Part shown: in pieces, positions 44,740-55,964 of the stretch
How the letters are laid out: each line of letters opens with the position of its first letter
How positions within the stretch are numbered: the stretch's first letter is position 1
Assembly (NCBI GenBank): GCA_014905635.1
Contig: JABVCE010000031.1
Span: 1 to 64,000 of the forward strand
DNA: 64,000 bases
Origin: Scenedesmus sp. PABB004
Taxonomy: Eukaryota
Reading direction: 5' to 3'
Program-made: the position numbers and the translations under genes
Notes under the pieces: generated by a model
What the model saw: only the letters and a program-made list of their open reading frames with translations
What the model was told of the DNA's origin: nothing
The model's database searches: none

Positions 44740-47659
44740 ATGGCGGCGCCGCCGCGCTCGTCGCTGGACGATTTCGTGCTACAGGAGCGCGTGGGGTCGG
44801 GCAGCTTTGGCTCCGTGTACAGGGCGCTCCGCAAGGTCGACAGGTGCGGCGCCGGGCGCGTGCCACGGCGAGGGAGCGGCGCAGCGACCGCCGCTGCCCG
44901 CGCGGCCCCTCGCGCTGCCCCTCCAGCTCGACGGCGCGGTCTGTACGTCGTGTGAGAGCCTGACGGCGCGCCGCACGAGCGCCCAGCGCCGTCCGGCGGG
45001 GCATCGGCCCGCGCCGCCGCGCTGACCGCCGCGGCTGCGCCGCCGCCGCCGCCGCTGCGCCGCCGCCGCCGCCGCTGCGCTCCCCTCTGACCGCAGGCAG
45101 ACCTACGCGCTCAAGGAGGTCGACCTGCACGGCATGAGCCGCAAGGCACGCGCCGCTGCACGCGGCGCCTGCGCACCCGGGCGCGGCAGCAGCTCGCGCG
45201 CGCCGAGCGCCGCGCCGCGTTCGACCGACCCGCCCCGCGCAGGAGCAGGAGGCGACGATCAAGGAGACCCAGATCCTTTCCCTGCTGGACAGCGAGCACA
45301 TCATCAAGTATTACGACTCCTTCCTCGAAAAGGTCGTGCGCCGCAGCCGCAAGCCGCCCGGCGCGCCGGTCGTGCATGCGCGCCGGCCGTGCGTCCGCGC
45401 ACGCGAACGCGCGCCATCGCCCTGACGCCCCGCCCCCTTGCGCGCAGGGCAAGCTGTACATCTGCATGGAATACGCCCCCGGTGCGGCGCCGGCGCCGCC
45501 TGCTGGCCAGCCCGCCGGCGGCCGGCGCGCGCGCCGCGAGCACGCCTCGGCCCCGCGTCCGCCGCCGCAGGCGGCAACCTGCACGCGTTTGTCAAGCGCC
45601 AGAAGGCCGCGCTGCCGGAGGAGATCGTCTGGCGCCTGTTCATCCAGGCGCGCGCACCGCCGGGCGCGGCGGGGCGCGGCGCGCCGCGCGCGGCGCTGCG
45701 GCGGCGGCAGAGCGTGCCGGCGCGCGCGCGCCGCCGCCGGCCCCGGCCTCGCCGCAGATGCTGCTGGGGCTCCACCACATGCACAGCAAAAAGGTCCTGC
45801 ACAGGTGTGCCGCGCGCGGCGCCCGCCGCGCCCGCTGTGCGGCGTGCGGCCATCGCCCCTGCCCCACAGCCGCCGCCGCCGCCGCGGCTGCACCGCGCCA
45901 GGGACTTCAAGTCCCTCAACGTCTTCCTGGACGACAAGCTCTGCGCCAAGCTCGGCGACGTCGGCGTGGCCAAGGCGCGGCGCGGCGTGCTGGGCGCGCG
46001 GCGCGCGCGTGCCGACGCGCCAGGCAGGGTGCCGACGCCGGCCGGCCGCGCCGCGCGCCGCGCACCGCAGATGCTGTCCACGCAGACCGCGTTCGCGCGC
46101 ACCGTGGTCGGCACGGTGCGCGCGCGCCGCGCCACCCGCGGCCGGCGCCGCGGCCGCGCTGCTGGCCGTCGACCCCGCGCTCGCGACGCCGCTGCTGCCC
46201 TGCCCCGCCCCGCCCCGCCCGCCCCAGCCCTACTACCTGAGCCCTGAGCTCTGCGAGGACAAGCCGTACAACGAGGCACGTGCGGCGCGCGGCGCAAGCA
46301 GCGCCGGCGCCAGCGGCCGCTGCCCAACGCACACAGCGCGCACAGCACGCACACAGCACAGCACGCACACAGCGCGCACAGCGCGCACACAGCAGCGCTC
46401 ACGGCGCCGACGCTGTGGTGCGGCGCGCGCAGAAGAGCGACGTGTGGGCGCTAGGCGTGTGCCTCTACGAGTGCCTCACGCAGCGGCACCCCTTTGACGC
46501 CGACAACCAGGTCCCACACACTGCGGCGCCGCGGCGCCGGGCCGCAGCCCCGCCCCGCCGCGCGCCCTCGGCTCACCGCGCCGCGCCGCGCCGCGCCGGG
46601 GCCGGCGCCAGGCGGCGCTGGTGCTCAAGATTCTGCGCGGCAAGTACCCGCCGCCGGCGGGCGCGAGCAAGGAGGCGGCGGACCTGGTCAAGGCGTGCCT
46701 CACGCTGGTGCGCGCGCGACGCGGCGGGCGCCCCGCAGCATTGGCGAGCCGCGGCGGGCGCGGCCCACGCGCGCCGTGCGCCGCGCCGCTCGCAGGACGC
46801 GCGCAAGCGGCCCGACACCGGCGCGCTGCTCGCGACGCCGGCGGTGCGGGCGCGCGCGGAGGAGCTGGGGCTCGCGCTGCCGCCAGCGCCCGCCCCGCCG
46901 CCGGGCGCGAAGCCGTTGCTGCTGGGCCTGCCGCCGCACGTCGCCGCTGCGGGCGGCCCGCCGGGCGCGCTGGCGGGCGGCAAGGCCGAGGCTGCCGCAG
47001 CCAGGCCGCCCGCGCCGCCGGGGGTGCGCGGCATCACCGCCAGCCGCAGCGTGCAGCGCCGGGCCACGCCGGAGCCTGCCGGCCCCGCAGGCGGCGGCGG
47101 CGGCGGCGGCGCGGCTGGCCCTGGCCCCGGCATCGGCGCCGTGGTGGGGGTGCTGATCAGCCCGCGCGAGCGGCCTGGCAGCAGCAGCGGCAGCAGGCGG
47201 GGGAGCGGCAGCGGCAGCGGCAGCGGCAGCGGCAGCGGCAGTGGGAGCGGGAGCGGCGGCAGCGGCCGGCCGCGCTCCGGCGGCAGCCCGCAGCCCGGCG
47301 CCGGCGACGAGAAGCCCGTCGGAGGCGCGGGCCGTGCCACGGCTGCGGGCGAGCCGCCCCAGCCGCTGTCGCTCGCGGGCCTGAGCCTCGGCGGCTCGAG
47401 CGGGCCGGGCGGCAGCGGCGGCGGCGGCAGCGGGCGCTCGCCGCGCAGCGCCGCAGCCGCGCTCAAGGCCAGCGTCGTCGAGCAGGTCGGCGGCCGCGCG
47501 TTTGAGGCGCTGTCACTGCTCGTCAACATGGCCGGCGACTGCCGCGACGTCGCGGCGCTGGCCGAGTCGGCCGCGCGCGTCGTGCCGCCGGCCAAGGCGG
47601 GCGCGGTGCTGCCGGCGATGCTGCAGCTCGCGCGACTCGAGGCGCAGCTGCCGGGGTGA
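44740..47659 (+). CDS. NIMA-related (NEK) Ser/Thr kinase, FA2/CNK4-like; 12 exons
   Basis: [88 protein letters not shown]. Confidence 0.95.
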
Positions 47660-47744
47660 GGCGTGCGCGGCGCTCTCACAGCGGGTCGGCCGGAGCGCGC
47701 TCGCTCGTAACACGCGCAGCAGCCCACGCGCTCTCACAGCGCTC

Positions 47745-50493
47745 TCACAGCGCCGGATAGGCATCCTTCAGGGAGATGCGCGCCTCGCCCGGGCCGGCGC
47801 CCCCGCCGAGCGCGGGCGCCGCGCTGCCGTGCGCCCGCGCGCCGCGGCCAGGCGGCGGCGTGGCCCCGTGCGCCGCCGCCGCCGGGCGCGGCGCTGGGCC
47901 GCCGCCGCCGCCGCCGCCGCCGCCCGGCTGCAGGCCGCCGCCGTCGCCCGAACCCGCGCTGAGCGTCGCCTGCCGCGCGCTGAGGCCGCTGCCCAGCTGC
48001 AGGCTGCCGCTCTCGGTCAGGCCGCCCTCCTGGACGGCCGGCGGCAAGAAGCCGGCCATCTGCCCCACCGTGCTCCAGAGCGTGCGCAGCCGCCCCGCAA
48101 ACGCCGCGCTGCCCCCCGCCGCCGCGCCCGGCCCGCCGCCCGCCTCCAGGTCCCCACCGCTGCTGCGGCGCGGCGTGCCGCCCGCGCGGCCGGGCGCGCC
48201 CGCCGGCGCCGCGGCGCCCGCGCGCTGCGCGTCGCTGTTTTTGAGCGCCGCGATGGCGGTGCTGATGTTGGCGAGCGCCGCGTCCACCGCTTGGCCCTGC
48301 GGGCGCGCCGCCGCGCGCAGCGCGGGCGGCGGGCTCGCGCGCGGGCGCGGCGGGCGGGGCGGAGCCCTCCTCCCTCCCGCATCCCTCCGTCCGCGCCGCA
48401 CCTCGGGTCCGTTCAGCGTCTCTGCCAGCGGCCGCGCCCCGGCCGCACAGCGCGCGGCGACCAGCGCCGCGACGAGCGCGAGTCCGAGGGCCGCGTTGGC
48501 GCCGACCGCGATGGCGAGCGCGGCCGGCAATCCCAGCCGCGCGCCGCGCACGAGCCCCGTCACCAGCGCCGCGTCGCCGAGCGCCACGCAGGTGGTCAGA
48601 AGGAAGCAGATGCTGCACAGCGACAGCACGCGCACGCTCGCCGCCGCGACGCCGCGCTGCACCGAGTCCATCACGCTGGCCGCGGTCGTGGTGATGGCTG
48701 TCGATGGCGCCGCACCGCCCGCCGGCGGCCCCGACGCGCCGGGCCCTGGCCCCGCGCCTGGCCGCGGCGGGGGCAGCTCGGGCGCCGCCGCGCCGTCGCC
48801 GGCGCCATGCTCGGCGGTGGCGCGCCGGAGCTTGGCGGCGAGCAGGCGGCCGGCCGCCACGCCCGACTCGGCCAGCCGCCGCTTGCTGCTGGCGGAGCGC
48901 AGCCGCTGCACCGGCTGCTGCGCCTGCGGCGCGCCGCCCTCGCCGCCGGCGCCGCCCGTCCCCGGCGGCGGGCCGGCGCCCTCGCCGGTGGACGACGGCA
49001 GCGGCGAGTAAAACTGCGCCGCCGCCACCTCGCTCGCCGTGGCGCTGTGCAGCTGCTGCAGCTGCACGCCCCGCTCCGAGAGCTGCCGCGTCAGGCTGCT
49101 GGCTGCGGCGGGGGCGGCGCGAGGGCGGGGCGGCGGCGGGGTGGGCGGCCCGCGCGTGACCGGCAGCGGGGCGCGCGCGCTGCGCTGCGAGGCCCCGCCC
49201 CTCCGCCTGCCCGTGCCCCTGCCAGCTCGCCCCACCTGGCGACAGCAGGCGCTGCGCCGCGTCGGGCCCCCCGTGCCGCTGCCACACACGCACGTCGCCG
49301 CCGGCGGCGGCGCCGCCGAACCAGCGCGGCGGCGGCCTCCCGGCCGCCGCCGCGGCTGCCGCGTCCTCGACGGAGGCAGTATAGAGCAACACACCGCCTG
49401 CCCCGTCCACCACGACCACGTCCGCCGTCGCCGCGCCCGGCGCGCCGCCCGCCGGGCCTTGCTGGTGGTGCTGCGGGTACGGCTGCTGCTGCTGCAGCGG
49501 CGGCGGCGGCCCCGCTGCCGCCCAGGGCGACGGCCGCGCGCCGCCGGCGCCGCCGTCGCTGCTGGCGCCGCTGCCGCCGTCGCTGCTGGCGCCGTCGTCG
49601 CTGCCGCTGCCGTCGCTGCCCGCGGCGCCGGCCGGCCCGGCGCCCCCCGCCGCGGGCTCCTCAGCGCTGACGAGCAGTGCCGTGAGCTGCGCGGCGACGC
49701 TGAACAGCAGCTGCTCCGCCTGCGGGCCGGGGTGCAACAGCCCCGTGGGCGTGCCGACGGCGTCGACGAAGCCCCGCCGCAGCACGCCCTCCAGCAGCTC
49801 CAGGCGGCGCGCCGCCGCCGCGGCCTCGCGCGGGCGCGCGCGACGCGCGGCGAGGCCGCCGGGCGTCGCCTGGCCGAGCAGCAGCGCCGCCGCGCGCGCG
49901 GCGAGCGGCAGCGCTCGCAGCAGCGCGAGCAGCTCGCCCAGGCTCAGCGCGCCGCTGCCGTCGCGGTCAAGCGCCCAGAACGCCCAGCGCAGCTTGTCCG
50001 CGGTGCCGCCGCCGGCGAGCAGGCACGCGACGCCGACGAGCGCGTCCAGCGAGGCGCCCTGCGCGCCGCCGGCCGCCCCGTCGGGCGCCAGTGCTGCCGC
50101 CACGTCGTGCGGCGCGACGCCCTGCGCGGGCGGCGGCGGGCGGCACGGGCCGGGGCGTGGGCGGCGCCGGCGCCGCAGCGCGCCTGCGCGCGTGCCCAGC
50201 GCGCGCGCTCACGGGCGGCGGCGCTTCGAAGAGCTGCAGGAGCGTCGCAGCCACGCCCAGCGGCACGAGCTCGGGCAGCGCGCCCCGCGCCACGCCGGGG
50301 GCGGCGCCTGCGCAGCGTTCGCAGCGGCCGCGGCGGTCGCGGCGGTCGCGGCGGCGGCGGCAGTCGCAGCGGCGGCACGCCGCTCCGCACCGAGCAGGCG
50401 CAGCAGGAACGCCGACGCCTGCGCAGCGCCTGGCGCGCCGTCAGCCGCCGCCGCGCCGAGCGCGACGAGCGCCGACGCCTCCTGCAGGCGCAT
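47745..50493 (-). CDS. EF-hand (NCS/calcineurin-B-like) protein with C-terminal hydrophobic, probably membrane, helices
   Basis: GGTADKLRWAFWALDRDGSGALSLGELLALL (EF loop); hydrophobic VLSLCSICFLLTTCVALG and LPAALAIAVGANAALGLALVAALVAA; apparent frameshift near 50280. Confidence 0.6.
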
Positions 50494-50852
50494 GGCGGCG
50501 CCGCCGCCGCGCGCCGGGAGCGCTCGGTGGCGGTTGCCGCCGCGCGCCGCGAGAGCAGCTGCTCTGACCGCCCGGTGGGCGACGCGCTGGAGCGCGCGCG
50601 GTGCGGCGGCACGTGAGCTTCGCTGACGGCGGGGAGCACCAACGTGTGCGGCGGCGTGGAACCGGCGGCGCGCAACAGCGGCGCAGGTCTCAACAGGCTG
50701 TTGCTCGCCACCAGCGGCGCAGCCTCTCCCGCGGGCGCCGGACAACCAGTGAGACCACGTCACACTCATAGAACGGCGCCTCGCGCGCGTACGGGCACGT
50801 CGGCGCGAGATGTGAGTGCGCATCAGCGCGCGGCAACGAGAGGCGTCTCGCC

Positions 50853-53438
50853 ATGCAGGAGATCACGGGTCACACCATCTCGCTTGCCCCGGAGCGCCCC
50901 TGCGCCCTGGGGCTGCGCCTGAGCGCGGAGCTGCGGCGAGCGCTGGAGCAGGCCGCCCGCAGCGGCCAGCGCGCGTCGCTGCGGTTGGTGCAGGGCGCCA
51001 GTGGCGTGCAGGTGAGCGCCGGCCGTCGGTGTGGGACGTGCGCCGGCGCCTGCGCGGCGCCTGGGGGCGGGGCGGGCCCCGCATCTGCGCTCCACCGGCC
51101 CCCCCGTCGCAGGCCACGCTCACGCTGGGCGCGGCGGAGCACACCTTTGTCGGCAACGTGGTGGCACACCAGCACCTGCTGCGCCTGACCACGGAGGAGG
51201 ACGAGAACGGCGCGGTGGTTGCGCCGGTCACACACAAGCTGCACCAGCGGGTGCGGCCGCGCCGGCCGCGCCAGGCCCGCCCAGGGCCGGCCAGCGGTGC
51301 CAGCAGCGGAGCCCCGCCGCACCCGCGGCGGCGCCGCGCACGAGCGTTGGCGCAGCGCTCTCCGCCGCTGCCCGACCCCGCTGCTGCCGCCGCTGCTGCT
51401 GCCGCCGCCGCCGCCGCGCAGAAGGACCTGACCACCAGCAACATCGGCGGCCGCCTGCGCGCGGCAGAGGCGGCGGAGCGGTCGCGCAGCCGGCAGACGC
51501 AGCTGCTGGAGCACCCCGTGCCGCCGCAGCAGCAGCAGCACGGTGCGGCGCGGCGCGGCGCGCTGGCGGCCTGCTGCGAGCGCGGCTGCCCCCCCCCCCC
51601 GCCCCGCCCCCGCGACTGCGCGCGCCCCACCATCCGCCCCGCGCCCGCCCCGCGCAGGCCGGCAGCGCCACCGCAGCGTCACGCCGCCGGCGGCCACCCG
51701 CCCGCCCGCTGGCGCGCACGCGGCGCTGCAGCAGCGGCGCTCCGCCACGCCGCCGCCGGGCCTGGCGCGCGGCAGCGCGGCCGGCGGCGGGCGCGGCGGC
51801 GCGGCGCAGGCGTCGCGGCTGGCAGGCAGGGCGCTGACGCCGCCCGCGTCGCGGCCCGCGACGCCGCCGCCGGCGCGGGCGCACAACGGCGCGGGCCCGC
51901 AGCAGCCGCAGGCGCGGCCGCAGCAGCAGGCGCGGCCCGCCGCCAGGGAGCCGCCCAAGCCCAAGTCGCTGCAGGGCGCGAAGCGCAGGACGCCGCCGCC
52001 GCCAGCCGCGGCGGGCAGGGCGGGCAGCGGCAGCAGCGCGGGCGGCGGCGGCAGGGCGGCGTCGCGCGGCGCGTCGCCGCTCGGCAGCGCCAAGGCGGCC
52101 GCGCCGGCGCGGTCGAGCATGCCCCTGTTCAGCGCGGAGCCCCTGCAGCAGTCGCAAGCGGCGCCCGCCCGCACGGAGCGACGCTCGCCGGCGCCCACGC
52201 CGCCGCCGGGCGCGGCGCCGGCGCCGCGGCGCCTGCAGCAGACGGGGCAGGCGCAGGCGGCGCCTCCCCTCGCGGCCGCGCCGCAGGGCGGCAAGCAGCA
52301 GCCTGCCGCCAAGCAGGCAGCGGCTGCGGCGCCGCGGGCGGCGACCGTGTCCGCCCAGGTGCAGCAGGCGCAGCAGCAGCAAGGGCAGCAGCAGCAGCAG
52401 GCGCCGGCAGGCAAGGCCGGCAAGCGCGTCGCGCGCGGAGGCGGCAGCATCCTGCCGGGCGCGCGGCCCGGCAAGGCGCGGCGCCTGGCCGACGGCACGC
52501 GGCCGGCCGCCTCCGCGGGCGGCGTGGCGCAGCAGCCCGGCGGGCGCAGGGCGCCGCCGCGGCAAAGCTCCGCGCCCGCGTCGCAGCGCGTCAGCCCCGA
52601 CTCCTCGGACGGCTCGCTCCCCGGCAGCCCCACGCAGCAGCGGCAGCACAGCAAGCACTGGTTCACCAGCAGCGACGAGTCCGGCGACGCCGGCTCACCG
52701 GGCGGCGGCGCCGGCGCGACGCACGCGCAGGCGGGGGCCAAGCGCAAGCGCGACGCGGCGGGCGCGGACGGCGGCGACGCGCCGCCCGCCGCGCCGAGCC
52801 TCGAGGACGCGCGGCAGAGCTGGGCGGCCGTGCTCGCGCGCAAGCCCGCGGTCGACCCGGCGGCGGCCAAGTCGTCGTGGCAGGCGGCGCTGCAGCGCGG
52901 CGCGGCCGCGGCCGCCACGCCGCCCGCAGCCGCCACGCCGCCGGCGGCCGCCACGCCGCCGGCGCCGGCTCGCGCGCCCATCGACCTGGGGCCGCCGGGC
53001 TACGGCGCGTACGTGGGGCGGCGCGCCGAGGCGTTTGCTCCCATCGCGAGCGAGCGCGAGGCGGCCGCGTACGCGGCCGCGTTCAGCGGTCGCTACGCCA
53101 TGTACATCAGCCTGCACAAGCTCATCCAGGCGGCCATCGCGTCGGTGCGCGCCGCGCACGCGGCGATGGCCGACGCGCCGCTCGGCAGCGACGAGCACGG
53201 CGCGCGCGCCGACGCGCTGCGCGACGTGCTGCGCGGCAAGGCCGGCCTCACGGCGCGCTGGGACGCGGCGCTGCGCACGCTGCACGGCGAGCTGGCGGGG
53301 CTCAAGGCCGCGCTCGGCGCGTGGGCGCGGCGCGGCGGCGGGCCCGGCGGCGCCGGCGGCGGCGGCGGCGGCGTGGAGGGCGCCGGCGGCAAGGGCCTCA
53401 TGTCGGCGGGCCTGCCGGCCGCCACGGTGGGGGCCTGA
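50853..53438 (+). CDS. ELL/occludin-homology domain protein (putative Pol II elongation factor ELL-like)
   Basis: C-terminal PIASEREAAAYAAAFSGRYAMYISLHKLI...LRTLHGELAGLKAALGAW fits the Occludin_ELL pattern; small beta-rich N-terminal domain; KRKR NLS-like motif. Confidence 0.72.
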
Positions 53439-53876
53439 TCCCCACGGCCGCTGCAGCAGGATGCGATCGATGCGTTCGCGCGCGGGGGAGAGCAGGCGGG
53501 CGGGCGGGCGGGCGCGGGGGCGCGGCGGCGCCGCCATTGCGCGTGCCGTTTTTTTTTGCGCGGGCGGGGGGCGCGGGTCTCTGTCATCTGTACCGGCGCG
53601 CGCCGCCGCACACGGCACTGCACTGCGCAGCGCAGCTCGGGCAGGCAGGTGCAGCGGGGAAGGCGTGGGGGTGTTGTTGTAGGCTGGCGGCGGTTCTGCG
53701 CTCGAGCGCCCCGCACAACCTGCGACAAGTGGCGGCGTGCGCGCAGGCTGGGCGAGAACGAAAGTCGCACAGGACTCCCTTGCAACGACGACGACCGCAC
53801 GTCCGCAGCGCACGCTCTTGAGCTCGGCGAGAGCAGCAGCAGCGAGGTGTCACCGCGGCCGCGATCGGCGGCGGCA

Positions 53877-54873
53877 ATGGAGCCGGCCGACAACCTCCTA
53901 TTCTTTCGCCCTGCGGGTCTATCGGACCTGGAGGCCATCCACGCGATCGAGGTGAGCAGCGGCGGCAGCGGCAGCAGCGGCAGCAGCGAGCACGCCGCCC
54001 CGCGCCGCCGCGCGGCCACGGCTGCGTTCCTCGCCTCACAAAGGCGCGCAGCTACCCGGCCGACGAGGCCGCATCGCTGGAGCGGCTGCGGTACCGCATA
54101 GAGCACGGTGCGCGGCCGCGGCGGCGGCAGCGGCGCAGAGCGCTGTCGAGGCGCGCGACCCGCTCACGCGCCGCCCGCTGCCGCGGCGCCGCCGCCCAGC
54201 TCCGGACCAGTTCCTGGTCGCTGTCCAAGCTGGTGACAGGGGCGACGAGCTCGTCGGGTGCGCCGCACCGGTGCTGCGGCCAGCGGGCCCGGGGCGGAGC
54301 ACGCGCCGAGGCGCCGCCCGCCCGCCGCCCGCCGCCCGCCCGCCGCTGCCAGCTACGCGTGCGGCACGCTGAGCAGCGCGGCCGCGCTGACGCACGAGAG
54401 CATGGCGATGCACGAGCCCGGCGGCCGCCTGCTGTGCGTGCACTCGGTCGCCGTGGCCGCTGCGCACCGGCGCCGCCGCGTCGCGAGCCGGCTGCTGCGA
54501 GCCTATCTGGTGTTTGTCGCGGGCACGACGCCGGGCCTGCAATCGGTGCGCCTCATCTGCAAGCAGCACCTGGTGCGGCGGCCTCGCGCGCACCACGCGC
54601 GCCGCGCCCGCCGCGCCCGCCGCGCCCGCCGCGCCGCGTCCGCCGGGGGGCTCGCGAGCGCCCCTTAGGGCTCTCACTGCAGGCTCAACCCGCCGCGCCG
54701 CGCCCGCGCCCGCGCCCCCGCCGCGCCGCACACAGACGGGGCTGTACGAGGGGGCGGGCTTTGTGCTGCTGGGGCCGTCGCCCGTCACGCACGGCGCAGA
54801 CCCGTGGCTGGAGATGGCGTGGGCGCCGGGCGGGGGCGGCGAGGACGGGGGCGGCAGCGAGCCGGCGCCGTGA
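53877..54873 (+). CDS. GNAT acetyltransferase, arylalkylamine/polyamine N-acetyltransferase (AANAT/Paa1-like)
   Basis: Spliced IE|ARSYPADEAASLERLRYRI, G|YACGT, ESMAMHEPGG, LCVHSVAV, LICKQHL|TGLYEGAGF, HGADPWLEM. Confidence 0.9.
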
Positions 54874-55008
54874 AGTGTCACAACCTGGAACGAGCGCGTG
54901 CTCGCATGCCGACCGCCGGCAGCGATCGCCGGCCGTCTGTCCTGCCCTGCCGCCGCCCGCGCCGGGCCAGCCCGGGGCCGCCGCGGCCCGCGCCCCGCCG
55001 CGAGCGGG

Positions 55009-55787
55009 TCACGCCGCCTGGACGTCATCGGGGCCCACAATGGAACCAGGGATGCTGCGTGGGCGGGTAGCGGGCGGGGGCGGGGGCGGTGAGGCGGGGC
55101 GGCCGCGCCGGGCGCGCCAGGCTGGCGCCGCCAGCGCCGGGGCGCCCAGCGGGCGCCAGTGCCCCGGGCCAGCCGCGCGCGCCGCGCCGGTTGGTGATGG
55201 GGTTGCTGCGCGGGCGGGGCGGGCGGGGCGGTCACGCCGGGCGCCTGCCACGCGCGCCGCGCCGCGCGCCGCGGACGGGGGCCCTCGGCCGCGCGCGCCA
55301 CGCACAGGAAGACGGGCGGCGCGTTTGTGCGCGTCGCGACGGGGCCGATGCGGCGCGCCGCCGCCTGGAACTCGGGCTCCATGCTGGTCGTCGTCGTGGA
55401 CAGCAGCTTGCGGTTGGACCACAGCAGCACTGCACTAGCCGTCCCTGCCACCGCCAGCGCCTTCATCCAGAAGCTGAAGGGTACCTCCAGGAAGCGCGAG
55501 GTCTGGGGGCCGCGAGCGCGGCGCGGCGGTGCACGGGCGCCGGCGCGGGGCGGCGGCGCGGGCGCGGCGGCGCCAGCAGCAGCGGCCGTGGTGGCTGAAG
55601 GCGCCCGGCCGGCGTCCAGGGCCCGCGGCTGGGGCGTGCGCGCGCGGCCGCGGGCGCCGCGGCGGCGCCCGAGGCCGCCGCTGCTCACGCGCGGCAGCCG
55701 CCCGCCCGCGTGCGCCAGGGCGTTGTTCGCGTTCAGCTTCTCGTGGGCCACGCGGTTGACGCCCACGGAGCCCATAGACCCGCTCAT
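55009..55787 (-). CDS. Small single-pass mitochondrial membrane protein, possibly cytochrome c oxidase subunit IV-like
   Basis: About 120 aa over 4 exons; one TM segment (FWMKALAVAGTASAVLLW), then TSMEPEFQAAA and FL|NPITNR, resembling the COX4/Cox5 C-terminal T-M-x-x-E-W...N-P pattern. Confidence 0.5.
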
Positions 55788-55964
55788 CGTGCGACGCGGG
55801 GGCGCGACAGCGCGCGGCGCGGCGTCGGGGGCGACCGACTCGCGGCGGCGGCGCGGGGGAAAGAGAGCGAGCGGAGTGGCGATCCGGGCAGTGCGTGCGA
55901 GGGGTGGGGCGGCCTGGGCGGACGCGGGCGAGCGCGCGTCGCGCGGTTCACATGACGCGGCGCG

